Shown: positions 40,911 through 53,955, numbered from the whole stretch's first letter. The stretch: DNA of 63,714 bases, filler included, from Octopus bimaculoides (GCF_001194135.2; 7 parts of 6 records of this genome joined end to end with filler, not necessarily neighbours in it), one strand, 5' to 3'. Program-made: numbers and translations. Notes: generated by a model from the sequence alone, not told the origin.

Positions 40911-41842
40911 GCACACAACCACGCCTGCACCTACACACAGCTACACCTGCGCCTCCACACAACCATGCCTGTGCCTCCACACAATCACGCCTGCACCTGC
41001 ATGTGTATATTTCTGCACGTGCATGCGTGTGTGAGTGTTACCTCCAGTGCCAAAAAGTACTGTCGCCAAAACAGGTTAACTGTTCAGTTAGTCGAACCAA
41101 ATCGGCAGCGTCCAAACGGCCTTTCGCAATTATCTAATTACAACCACATTGTCACAAGTGCCTTTAGCGTAGCCCACACGGTTGCAAACATCTGGACTAG
41201 ATCTTCGTTTTAAGGATACGATTCTCCCTCTCACCCACGAATCTCAAAGGCCCTGTCGAAGGGTTATGCACCCTAATGTCTCTGCGGACTGAAATATAAA
41301 AATAAATTGTTCAACAGATTCTTTGTTTAAATAATGTCTACTCTAGTTCTCAATAATTTGTGGACAATGAAACTAGTGACGTTAATATAGTAATAGCAAG
41401 TTCATTGACCCTACATAAGTAATCTCTAATCTGGAAGGGAATAATATAATTTGTTTTTGTTTATAAAAGTGAAAGCTTAACACAACGAAAATAGAGGGAA
41501 AAAAGAACCTAGAAAAATTCGTATAAATATGATGTGAAAGGATATTTATACAAAGAGAATTATGAGAGTCGAAGCCATAGAGAGTGAAAGATTGGTCACA
41601 GTTTCCTTATATTCTGTGGGTGGGGTGAGGGTGGGGGCGTGTGTTGGTGCGTGTTTATGTGTGTGTGAGTGTGCATGTGTATATATGTATATATATGTAT
41701 ATATATGCGTATATATATATATATATGGGTATATAAATACGCATCCTTATCCAGAAACATAAACGTATTTCTTTCACATAACCAGACACAATGTAAAATA
41801 TGTGTGTCAATATGTGTAAGAGAAATATACATACATACACAC

Positions 41843-41880
<38 letters not shown>

Positions 41881-42004
41881 GTATATATACATGTATGTAT
41901 TTATGTGTATATATATATATATATATATGTATATATGGAAATATATATACAATTGTTCATATGTGTATATATGTAAGTATAAATACATATAAAGACTCGT
42001 ATAG

Positions 42005-42085
<81 letters not shown>

Positions 42086-42373
42086 CTATATATAAATATA
42101 TGTGCGTGAGTGTCTCAGTGTGTGTGTATGTGTGTGTCTGTGTGTGTATCATTGTATTATAGCTAACCACACAAAACACACAAAGATAGAATCTCAACAA
42201 AGATGCTCTACATTGTAATATAATGCTATTTGAGGATATAAAATATTGAATGCAATAATGACAAACTATAGGACTTTCATATATAATCTATCAGTCGCTG
42301 AGCGGGGGATGATCTCGCTCTTTCAATTTGTACACTGACTCTATCTATGAACACATCTCTATCTACGAACACA

Positions 42374-42459
<86 letters not shown>

Positions 42460-43274
42460 AATGTCTGTCTGTCTGTCTGTGTGCGTGTATGTACGTTTAT
42501 GTGCGTCAGTGTGTGTATGTATGTAGAGGGAGTATACAAAGAATGAAAGTGTATCTGTTCTGTTCAACAGTCAGCCTTGACACACTCGCCCACATATGTA
42601 CATTGATATATATTNNNNNNNNNNNNNNNNNNNNNNNNNNNNNNNNNNNNNNNNNNNNTTAATTAATTAANNNNNNNNNNNNNNNNNNNNNNNNNNNNNN
42701 NNNNNNNNNNNNNNATATATATATAACATACATACATATGTACTTGCATATATATTTGTTCATTAGTATTTGCGTTGATTTATTGGCAATGCGGAATGGG
42801 AAAGTGAACTTAGCGAGATGTATAATTAAGTATCGCGTTTATAGGTGTGTATATAGCTTCTGAGCTTCATACATATAGTTTATTTCAAACATTGTATTCA
42901 TTAACGATTAGGTAGTATATTCTATTTAATTTTCTGAATGTTTTGAAATTCTAATTAAAATCTGTTAAATGTATGAGTGCAATTCATTAGATGTACCTAA
43001 GCTACAAACATTATTGTGAAAACATTTATATTAACGCTATTGTCCGTAATTAGCTTAAAATACAATATAATGAGAAAAGGTTGTGAGTAAGAATATACTG
43101 CCATGCATTAATAACCTGTTTTCAATTATTAAAAATAATAATTGTCATTGTTGTTAAACCATTCAATTCATATTCCATTGCATGTGTATAATTGAAAGGT
43201 AAGATTAATATTTCAAGTTTTGTTGATATATTTCTAATACATACCTAATGGGAATTTCCTGCAATACCATGTAC

Positions 43275-43343
<69 letters not shown>

Positions 43344-44074
43344 CATCACAATCATTATCATCATCATCATTATTATTACTATTATTCAAGTTGACTTTTA
43401 TGATTCATGATTTTGCTGAATCAGAGAAACTATTGTGCATTATATAATGCTGGACTCACGTTTTGAGTTCAAATCCTTCCGCGTTGTCTTTGTCTTTTTC
43501 CTTTCTCGGGTCATTAAAATGAAATTCCAATCACTTACTAGGCTCGATGTTATGCTTTATGTCTATGCTCGAAACTATTCTTATAACTGATGCATCCAGT
43601 CGTTCACATATCGACTGTACTCGTTAGAGAACAGTTTTTTTATTCATGAAACAAAAACATAATTACATTAAATTTTGAACTATCTATATTGGACAATAGT
43701 ACTAAAATAATAAAATGGTATGGATGTAACTTAAATTGAATAGAATAAAGCCTATGAGACGTGTTTCATTTGTTTCAAATGGTGTCTCATTTCTAAACTT
43801 AACATGTTTTGTATTGCTTTTTTTTTTAATATACTAATGCAATGTAATACAATTGTAGTTTCGTAAATTAAATGTTTTTCATATAACTTATTAAATTATC
43901 AAATACCATAAACAGTACAACGAAAATATTTTGTGTGAAATACTTTATATATTCATTGATTTCGTTCTGTATGAATTAATAACTAAATACAGCACATTGA
44001 ATTGCGTCTATATACAATACAGGTAGTCAGATTGTGTAACATGTCAATATGCTTATAATATTAAACGTCACCAA

Positions 44075-44225
44075 AGGCAGAACCGTGTAAACTGCGTAGT
44101 GGAATTTCGTCCGTCTCAGCGGTCTGAGTTCAAATTCTGACGAGGTCTATCTACTTTGCCGTTATTCCTTTCGAAATCAATTAAAAATAAGTACCAGTTG
44201 AGCAAGGGTGGTCGATATAACAACT
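44075..44225 (+). mobile_element. Type B SINE, partial
   Basis: aggcagaaccg..tttcgtccgtc..ctgagttcaaattctgacgaggtc..aataagtaccagttgagc. Confidence 0.7.
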
Positions 44226-45438
44226 ATATGAATAAAATCATGTGAAATGGTCGAACAGACACGTAAATAATTTGAAACAGAAAAAAAGTCCTCAGCGAAT
44301 TTTTTTGCGAAAAATTGCACAAATCTGTCCTTATGAAGAAGCTTATCTTGTGGTAGTAATGATGATCATGTTGATGGTGGTGGCTGTGGTGGTTGTGGTG
44401 GTGGCGGTCGTGGTAGTGGTCGTCGTGTTCATGGTGGTAGTATGGTTTCGGTGATGATGATGCTGACGATGATGATGCTTATGATAAAACGATGAAGAAA
44501 TAACAACGATGATGACGAAAACAGTAAAAGAATTATAGACGAGGATACATATAAATGCTGACCAAGCGTGACCCGCACAATCAGGATTAGAATGAATTTC
44601 ACAGTGTAAGCTGTGTAACACTATATAATCGATATCCTGTGAAAATGTAAATTCCGAAAAAAAATTGTCCCTGACCGCTACTACGTAACAACAACAATGA
44701 AAAGAGACGATTTGAACAAAGGAAACCATATTGAAATGCTACATTACTATTACACGAGAACACTGTATCCAAAAATTATGAGCGTTATAACAAGATATGT
44801 GTAAATTCTGCAAAATATATAATGAAATATCTAAGAAAGATATAAGTGCGAATGAACATTGGTAGTTCAGGCAATTATAACAAGGAATGACATGATTCTG
44901 GACGTTGAAAAACGACACATTTAGAGAATGCACAGCGTAAAGAAGCAAAAAAAAAACTCCCACCAAACGCAAACGCATTGCAACGGATACCGACCACATA
45001 CAGAATACAAAGCGTCATAGAGGAAAAGAGAACACAGTGAAAAATAAAATATCATCCATCAAGAAAGAAATAAGGAAAACATGATAATACGTCGAAAACT
45101 CGGAATGTATCGAAGTCTTAAATCATGAAAAACAAAAAAAACAAAGAGGTGTATCCATGGAAACATTTAACGAAATGAACAGCTATAGCAATAACATATA
45201 CACGACAACATATTTAACGAACGGATTGTACATATACATGAGAACAGATGTATATGAGTTATTATTCAGGAGGCTCTAACACAACATAGAAGGAACAAAA
45301 AATGCCAACGAAGCCAATGAAAGCAAACCAAGTGTCCAAGCAATACAGAAACGTTTAGATCAAAAAATGAATAAATAAATAAATAAAATGGTATTTCGGT
45401 TCTGCAGAAATTTTGCCGACACAACCTCCTGAAATATT

Positions 45439-46048
45439 CTTTTCTACTCTAGGCACAAGGCACGAAATTTTGGGGGGTGGGGAAGGAGCAGTAGTGGATT
45501 GGATCAACCCTATTACGTAACTGGTATTTAATTTATCGACCACGAAAGGATGAAAGGCAAAGTCGACCTCGGCGGAATTTGAGCTCAAAACAAAGACATA
45601 CGAAATACCACCTAAGCATTTCGCCCGGCGTGCGAACGTTTCTGCCAGCTCCACCGCCTTAAACCTCCTGAAATATTCTTTTCTATTCTAGGCGCAAGAC
45701 CCGAAATTTTAGGGGAAGGGATGCCAGTTGATTAGATCGACCCCAGTACGCAACTGATACCCAAAGGATGAAAGGTAAAGTCGATCTCGGCGGAATATTA
45801 ACTCAGAACGTAAAGACAGACGAAATACCACTGAGCACTTCGCCCGGCGTGCTAACATTTCTCATTTCTTTATTGCTCACAAGGGGCTAAATATAGAGGG
45901 GACAAACAAGGACAGACAAAGGGATGAAAAGCAAAGTCGACCGCGGCGGAATTTGGACTCCGGGCGAAATGCTTTGCGGTATTTCGTCCGTCATTAGGTT
46001 CTGAGTTCAAATTCCGGCGTGCTAACGTTTGTGCCAGCTCGCCACCTT
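45439..46048 (-). mobile_element. Chain of type B SINEs separated by identical 16-bp direct repeats
   Basis: Copies at 45439-45661 and 45678-46048 (composite); aacctcctgaaatatt at 45423, 45662 and 46049. Confidence 0.85.
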
Positions 46049-46296
46049 AACCTCCTGAAATATTAACGTACTAAATCATTCGTTCTGTTTTAATATGTAC
46101 CAACGAAGAAAATCGAGACTGACCCCAACCGAATTACCCTTTCCACAGCAAAACTAGCTAGCAAAACAATGCAATGAAATATAAGGCCTAAGACTGAAAC
46201 ATTAATGTAAGATCTATTTATATGAAACGAAATAAAAGAGAAGGTAACGGAGGTAACCCACAGTACACAGGATGAAACCTAAATAATAAAACGGTA

Positions 46297-46515
46297 CAGT
46301 AATCCCTCGACTAACACGACTGTTACGTTCCAAAAACACCTGCGATAAGTGAAAATCTGCAAAGTAGAAACAGTACCATGTTGTATATTTTTAAAAACTA
46401 TTTTTATTTGTATGTATCATTTTATTATAAATGCAAAACAACACTACGGAGGAATTGACCTAAGCTTAAATAATAAACCGGGATATGTGAACCGCGATAT
46501 GATGAGGGATTACTT
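46297..46515. mobile_element. Tigger-type MITE
   Basis: TA|cagtaatccctcgactaacacg ... ccgcgatatgatgagggattact(t)|TA terminal inverted repeats. Confidence 0.75.
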
Positions 46516-48254
46516 TATAAAAATGAACGTAGACATTCTGCAGTAAAAGAAATGTTTAAATCAAATCAGCAACGTGACAGACAGAATAATTTCAAACTTG
46601 CCAACCAATAATGGTTTTGATTCAAATCGAAGTTATTTTTCATGATTATTAAGAAACAAGTTAAAGCCGGATTAATTAATAACACCATCAGAAATAGAAC
46701 AGATTGCAATTTCAGTCAGCAGAGTATGCGAAAATCACAGTGAACCATAACTGAAGTGGGAAAATTCAATATGACATCCAATATCACTGCAGTTTGATAT
46801 GCAGTAACAGACAACGGACTCGCGAGAATATTGAGAATTGTAAGCCAGATGAGAACACAAGAAATGTATTTCTAAAAATCTCTTTCCTCAGTACTGACTC
46901 GAGTACCTAAGCAGGAACCTTTGGATACGGACAGGCATCTTTAAATACGGGACACCCACCTTCGATAAGCTATTAAGCAAGCTTGGAGCAACACCGGAAT
47001 GCTTGCTAAATGTGTAAACACCACTCATCCACTTCAAAAATAATAGACATAAGCAGTGCAGGTACCATCGTAAATATCTTTGTAACAAAATTTTGCAATA
47101 ATTATTTATTCATCTGAAGCAAAATAACATCACCAAAAAAAAAAAAAAGCAAGAGCAGTGAAGAAATAGTTCCAGTTACACGAGCAACTGCTGTAAATCA
47201 AGCGATTATAGGAAACAGAAACAATTTGAAAATATACATGACCATATCTAGCATTCAATACGAAATGCATTTAGCAGTGAACTCTACTCTTTCACATGAG
47301 AGACACCACACATAATTAACGAGAGTGTGTGTGTATTCATGTATGTACGCATGTATGTATGTATATATATGTATATATATATTTTTTATATAAATATATA
47401 TATATATATANNNNNNNNNNNNNNNNNNNNNNNNNNNNNNNNNNNNNNNNNNNNNNNNNNNNNNNNNNNNNNNNNNNNNNNNNNNNNNNNNNNNNNNNNN
47501 NNNNNNNNNNNNNNNNNNNNNNNNNNNNNNNNNNNNNNNNNNNNNNNNNNNNNNNNNNNNNNNNNNNNNNNNNNNNNNNNNNNNNNNNNNNNNNNNNNNN
47601 NNNNNNNNNNNNNNNNNNNNNNNNNNNNNNNNNNNNNNNNNNNNNNNNNNNNNNNNNNNNNNNNNNNNNNNNNNNNNNNNNNNNNNNNNNNNNNNNNNNN
47701 NNNNNNNNNNNNNNNNNNNNNNNNNNNNNNNNNNNNNNNNNNNNNNNNNNNNNNNNNNNNNNNNNNNNNNNNNNNNNNNNNNNNNNNNNNNNNNNNNNNN
47801 NNNNNNNNNNNNNNNNNNNNNNNNNNNNNNNNNNNNNNNNNNNNNNNNNNNNNNNNNNNNNNNNNNNNNNNNNNNNNNNNNNNNNNNNNNNNNNNNNNNN
47901 NNNNNNNNNNNNNNNNNNNNNNNNNNNNNNNNNNNNNNNNNNNNNNNNNNNNNNNNNNNNNNNNNNNNNNNNNNNNNNNNNNNNNNNNNNNNNNNNNNNN
48001 NNNNNNNNNNNNNNNNNNNNNNNNNNNNNNNNNNNNNNNNNNNNNNNNNNNNNNNNNNNNNNNNNNNNNNNNNNNNNNNNNNNNNNNNNNNNNNNNNNNN
48101 NNNNNNNNNNNNNNNNNNNNNNNNNNNNNNNNNNNNNNNNNNNNNNNNNNNNNNNNNNNNNNNNNNNNNNNNNNNNNNNNNNNNNNNNNNNNNNNNNNNN
48201 NNNNNNNNNNNNNNNNNNNNNNNNNNNNNNNNNNNNNNNNNNNNATATATATAC

Positions 48255-48289
<35 letters not shown>

Positions 48290-48832
48290 TATTACATGTA
48301 ATAACTGGAAAAAACTTCGTATCTCTAGAAGAAAAAAGACAATAATAACGATGAGACATGTCTCCATATGATATTTCAGATAAAGTATTACACATACTAT
48401 TGACTAATTTAAATAACCTCCTCTAAAGGGATGCTTTAAAAATATTTACAAGAAAAAATGACTTACGAAAATCTAATACTAAAACCGCAAGGTATAAAAT
48501 GGTGGTAGGTTTAATCGAATGCATCAAAATTATGATGAGAATGTGAACGTTTGAATTATAAAAAGCGGACAATTAGATCAAGACTTACCCATAAAAATGT
48601 TCTGGGGAATTTGAAAGCGATGATATAGAGCAGACAAGTAACGAAGAGGACTGCATAAGAGTCACATAAATATTGAAAAACAAACTGAACGCATGGCGTA
48701 TGAAAGCCGTTATTAATGCACTGTATATTTCAGTCAGTAATAAAATATTGATTCAACATAATAAACTGGATGTTAAGTGAATGTGTGTGTGTATCTATGT
48801 ATTGTATGTGTTTATATATATACATATATATT

Positions 48833-48885
<53 letters not shown>

Positions 48886-49738
48886 AAAGAAAGAAAGTAT
48901 AAAGTGGAAACTTACTACTCTCCAAAATTGTTGACCAAGAAGCAACAAGAGAAATGTTTAGAAAAGAAAATATTGCATCAGAATTCAAAAATATGATAAA
49001 GAAAAAAAATAAAGAGAAATTCCTCTTCATAGCCAATACTGGAGAAGTCTAGACAGAGAGGAGGTTATTCAGTGTGAAATGTAACGACGATATCAAAGCT
49101 ATCAACTAATAATATAAACAGAAGTTCTAGATTTAGCTGCATATTACCATATTGCCTCAAAACAATCACGAAATTAATATAATTAAACTAGTCGGTAATA
49201 TCTATTTACAACTATGCAAACGGTTCAATGATACAGTTGCTTATATCATTGCAAGGAAGCAGACCGTTCTCTGTCCAGGTATGCTGCATGACTGGACTGA
49301 GTAGGTAGTTATACTTACTGACCAACATAGCGATATTACTACATGACTGATAACATTATGTAACAAGTATATTGCACATAATCATCTTAAATCTCACTCT
49401 CCAAGCACAACTTTCAAGACGAATCCTCACGATAAGTTTATGTCAAACACTAAGGAGAAGTTACGATATATACAAGTTTATGTCATTTGTTCCTACGTAC
49501 CTTTCACTTGTGCGGTTGCATAGAACTCTTCATTGAATATTCCGAGGTTTATTGAAGCAGACTGGGCGGTGGTAACCTATGTGAAGCTCCAGACTCGTCA
49601 GTTACGTCGCATATATATTTGTGTACACAAGATGTATACCTAAGTCTTATACAGGCCTGCAGTTTCTGTTTTAATTCACGGTCATTGTAAGGTGTTTTAT
49701 ATAAGCAATAAATAATTTGGAAACTTAATGCAGTTCTT

Positions 49739-49768
49739 AGAATATTCTAGAATATTCTAGAATTTTCA
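49739..49768. promoter_or_regulatory. Perfect six-unit heat-shock element (nGAAn alternating array) inside a repeat
   Basis: aGAAt aTTCt aGAAt aTTCt aGAAt tTTCa. Confidence 0.4.
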
Positions 49769-49971
49769 TATCATATCTTCTCAAAATATTTCCCTGTGGT
49801 AGTTCATTGATGTTATTAAAACAGTCTGGTCAATATCATGCATTTGGGCAAGTCTATGTCTGGCAATTGCAAACTTTTGTTTTTTATAAATTCAAACCTC
49901 TGCAAAAATCCGGTATAAATTGTTCATGGTTCAAAACGTTGCTTACTTTTTACTCAACCTGGTATATTTGA

Positions 49972-50275
49972 CTAACTGACTGACTGACAGACTGGCACTC
50001 CGTCGCTTGCGATGACGAGGGTTCCAGTTCTTCAGATCACGGGAACAGCCTGCTCGGGAAATTATCATGGATGTGGCTGAGCACTCCACAGACACACGTA
50101 AACTTAATCTACCTCTCAGGGATATTCAACATGACAGAAAATACAAGTACTACTCACTTTTTCCAGCTGAGTAGACTGGAGTAACGTGAAATAAAGTGAG
50201 TGCTGAAGAAGATAACGCGCCACCGAGAATCGAACATACGACCTTACGAATGTGATCCGATTACCCTGATCACAT
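49972..50275 (-). mobile_element. Type C tRNA-SINE (CORE/V-like central domain, (CAGT)n tail)
   Basis: Minus-strand B-box gttcgattc (50227-50235), central ctttatttcacgttactccagtctactcagctgg, tail gtgccagtc(tgtc/agtc)n. Confidence 0.65.
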
Positions 50276-50407
50276 AAAACGAATCGAGTGTAAAAGAATC
50301 CTCCAGGACTTTCCCCACATCATTCTACTTTTAACATGCACGCATTCAAACACACTGACACACATATATACATGCGAGTTCACGCACACGCCCCATCAAA
50401 ATCACGC

Positions 50408-50454
<47 letters not shown>

Positions 50455-50467
50455 NNNNNNNNNNCGC

Positions 50468-50510
<43 letters not shown>

Positions 50511-50987
50511 TAGATATATATGTCTGTGTATAAGGGCATTCTGGTGATCTCAGTGGAGAAAGAGGGGAGAGATGAATAAGGATGAGAAATACAGGGTCTG
50601 AATACAGGTCTGAATACATGGGATTAGGGGACGTAGCCGTTTGGGATTGGCTCCTCGATTACCAGAAATTATTCCACTAGATTTCGTTTTCTGGGGTATG
50701 CTAAAGGGGAAGGGATAGTCATTGAAAATCACAGATATTAATCAATTATTGCTCAAATTGAGAGAAATGTGGATTTAGAGTTTCAGGTTCATGGGAATCG
50801 TTCAAGTGACATGGAACTTTCTACCACAAATAACGGAAACCTTTGGCCGGCCCGAGGCCGTAGTAGAAAACACATGCCGAAGGTGCCACGCAGTCTGACT
50901 GAACCCATATGTATGTGTGTGTGTATGTGTGTGTATGTGTGTGTGTGTGTGTATGTGTCCTTGTCTCTGTCTGTGTGTCTATGTTTC

Positions 50988-51019
<32 letters not shown>

Positions 51020-53399
51020 TGTAGATACTGAGAAAAACTAATACATTATTTAGTCGTAGATAATTACAAAATATCTTCTTGAGATATATATCTGTTTAGT
51101 TGCATTATACTAACGCAACAATTGCAGTTGTGTGACATCAATATAGTAGAATGTTTTTATGTGTCTACCATAATACTCTATTCAAGGATTGCTTAATAGT
51201 ATATTACAGGATGTAGCTTCCTTTTTGAAAGGAGTAATGCTTTTATTCTTAGTAATGTGAGTTCATCTAAATGATTTGGCATTTTGTAAGAAGTTACATG
51301 ATAATATCTGGTAACGTCAAATTGCCTACAGGAAAAAACTATATATTCTATTAAAATTGTTATACAGAAGAATCTTAAGATACGGGTGCACGGAATAAGC
51401 TATTTAAGGTACATTGATATCCATTAGTAAATACACGCAGTCGTCCGTTCTGCATGTGACAGCAATGGAAAAGCCCACTAATTACAAAGTTTTGTCTTAA
51501 AGACCGAGATATTGATCCATATACACCCACATACGCCGTTTTCGAAAACAAGCAATAATATTTACAACTAGAATCCGTATCATCATAGGTTTGTTCACTC
51601 TGTTTTAGTGGAGCCGAAAAGCTAACACTCGAAGCAATAACAAAACATCTTGACATAACGAAGACTACGTCTACCTGTTTATAAATGAAATAGTAAAATG
51701 AACAAGTTATATTTCACAAACCTAAAGCAAGAGATTGTTTGTTTTTTGTTGTTTTCTTTTTGTTTTGATAACATGATGTATTTAATTACAGATAATACTA
51801 AAGTGGACATTAGCTCCCAGGAATTCTTTTTCAGAAACGTGTAGGCGAAGTTGTCTATTTCGTCAGTGCTTCATTTCACAGAAGAAATGCAGCGTGTAAA
51901 ACTGCTCAGTGTTGCGTAAACAAGAGCAAATCTCATGTCATATTCTTCTTTACTGGGTACGAAGTACACCATCAAAATCTCACAAAATATTCGTGTTGGT
52001 TTTAAGTTTTTCATATACGTTTAGTTTAGCGTTTTGAAATCTTTTTTTCTCTTGTTTGCCTTTGAAGCATTAATCCCATATGAATTTTCTTTTCCTTTTT
52101 CAAATTAGAATTTTTTGTGCAAAATATAAATGAAGTAGAAATGATTATGTTTACTTTACAATGGACTTTGTAACTTTTCTCTTCGGATTAGTTATGTGAA
52201 CAGATTTCTATAGTCATTCAATTTTATAGTTTGCTGTAATCTCAATGGAGAAGTTAATGCAATAAACTCAATCAACTAAGAGTATATATCCAAAAGAAAC
52301 GAAACGGAATAAAGTGGTTTGAAGTTGACCAAGTCAAAAACAATATATTTCGAAGAATGTTTTAAAATGCTAAAAACATCTTCGTTGCTACAGAACCTAA
52401 TTCACAGTAGCTGAAAAACTATATACATACATATATATGTATATATATATATATATATATACATATATGTATATGTGTATATATATATATATNNNNNNNN
52501 NNNNNNNNNNNNNNNNNNNNNNNNNNNNNNNNNNNNTTAATTAATTAANNNNNNNNNNNNNNNNNNNNNNNNNNNNNNNNNNNNNNNNNNNNCAGGTCAT
52601 GTACGTGTGGTTGTGTGTGTTTTTACGTATCTATGTTATGAAAAATAGGTAAAGAATACTGAGATGAAAGTTTAATCTATGACGTTGTATGTATCACTTT
52701 CTCTCTCTCCCTCTCCCTCTTTTACTCTTACACTCTATATTTTTATGTTGAGCGCGTGTTTAAGAATGGCGTTCCAGGTAGAAGGGATGAAATATAAAAG
52801 TTGCTAGAAACAACAGCCAAATCTCCCTTAAATAACACAAAGTAAACGGAATTTAAAAAATCTAATTACTGCACTGGAAAGTTCACATCAAGAAAATTCC
52901 ATTGATGTAAAAATTTTTACGAAAAAGTGGAAAATGTGGATTTCTATAAACTTTTAAAAAGGCTTCACACAGACACACAATTTCAGCTTTATATATTAAG
53001 ATTATGCAACACAATGAGCAAACTATGTGAAAAATATGAATTATCCATGTGACATTGTAATTGTTTTAATAATTTGTTCTAGAATTATCCAGAGAAATAT
53101 TATTATCACTGGTTTTATAAATGCACAATTCTTCCATCTGTAACTAGTTTGATAAGTGCCAATGCATGAAACTCTCAGCCCTTGAGTCACTCTGTTGCTT
53201 CTGCTAACTATTAATAAAAATATATATAAATGTATGAATTTAGAACAATCTCGTGTATAGATCAACACAATATCTTTAGATCCAGAAATACTTTGCTGTT
53301 GTTTAGCTCTATGATCAAAGGTCTACTACAATAATTATCTTTCTTTTTACTTTGCTTTCCACCTAGTGTGCGTGCGTGCGTGTGTGTGTAAAAAGAAGA

Positions 53400-53520
53400 G
53401 GAAAAAAAGAAAGCTTCTAACGATGCAGAAAGTTTTAAAAAAGACGTTTACATTTCAGGCACTTAAAATATAAAAGATTTTGTGAAACTTTCTGCATTGT
53501 TAGAGGCTTTCTTTTTTCCT
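53400..53520. repeat. Palindromic MITE-like hairpin
   Basis: gaaaaaaagaaagcttctaacgatgcagaaagttt (53401-53435) versus aaactttctgcattgttagaggctttctttttt (53485-53517). Confidence 0.75.
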
Positions 53521-53584
53521 TTTCGTTTTCTACTTGTGTACTACAATTCTCCAAGTGAACTACAACACACTTATATATATATGT

Positions 53585-53955
53585 ATTAAGAGTATGAAGA
53601 CTGGGAAAGCCCCCGGCCCATCAGGAATCACTGCAGAGATGCTCAAAATATCTGGCAGTGTTGGCTATAGCCTAGTCACCCGTATTACGAACCAGGTGAT
53701 ACACGAAGGAGTCATACCCTATGACTGGTGTAGCAGCATCATAGTCAACTGCTACAAAGGTAAAGGGGACGCTTTAGATACAAATAATTACAGAGGCATC
53801 AAGCTGTTAGATCAGGTTATGAAAGTTACAGAGAGGGTCATAGCCCAACTAATTAGGGAGCGAATCAATTTAGATGAGATGCAGTTTGGGTTCGTGCCAG
53901 GTAAAAGCACTACTGATGCCTTATTTCTAGTGAGACAGTTGCAAGAGAAATACCT
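53585..53955 (+). mobile_element. RTE-clade LINE reverse transcriptase fragment, uninterrupted frame, truncated by gap
   Basis: IKSMKTGKAPGPSGITAEMLK...IPYDWCSSIIVNCYKGKGDALDTNNYRGIKLL...QFGFVPGKSTTDALFLVRQLQEKY: canonical KAPGP / NYRGI / QFGF RT motifs. Confidence 0.92.

Larger units (their letters stand above)
44520..49600 (+). mobile_element. Ancient near full-length R4/Dong-clade non-LTR retrotransposon fossil interrupted by SINEs, a MITE, microsatellites and a gap
   Basis: Collinear decayed motifs: NHIEMLHYYYTRTLYP (~44720), KILQ*LFIHLK (~47090, INHLxYMDDLK-like), GEFESDDI (~48605, YLGxxEGDxI-like), ILKNKLNAWRMKAVINAL (48670), QLCKRFNDTVAYII (49209, CxxC..ETVxHI zinc knuckle). Confidence 0.6.

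Noticed and set aside
40889-40998. Regularly repeated short units here and at 20191-20260 and 45423-46064 as CRISPR-like arrays
   Set aside because: Eukaryotic context, no unique spacers of constant length, no cas genes; explained by tandem duplication or TSDs.
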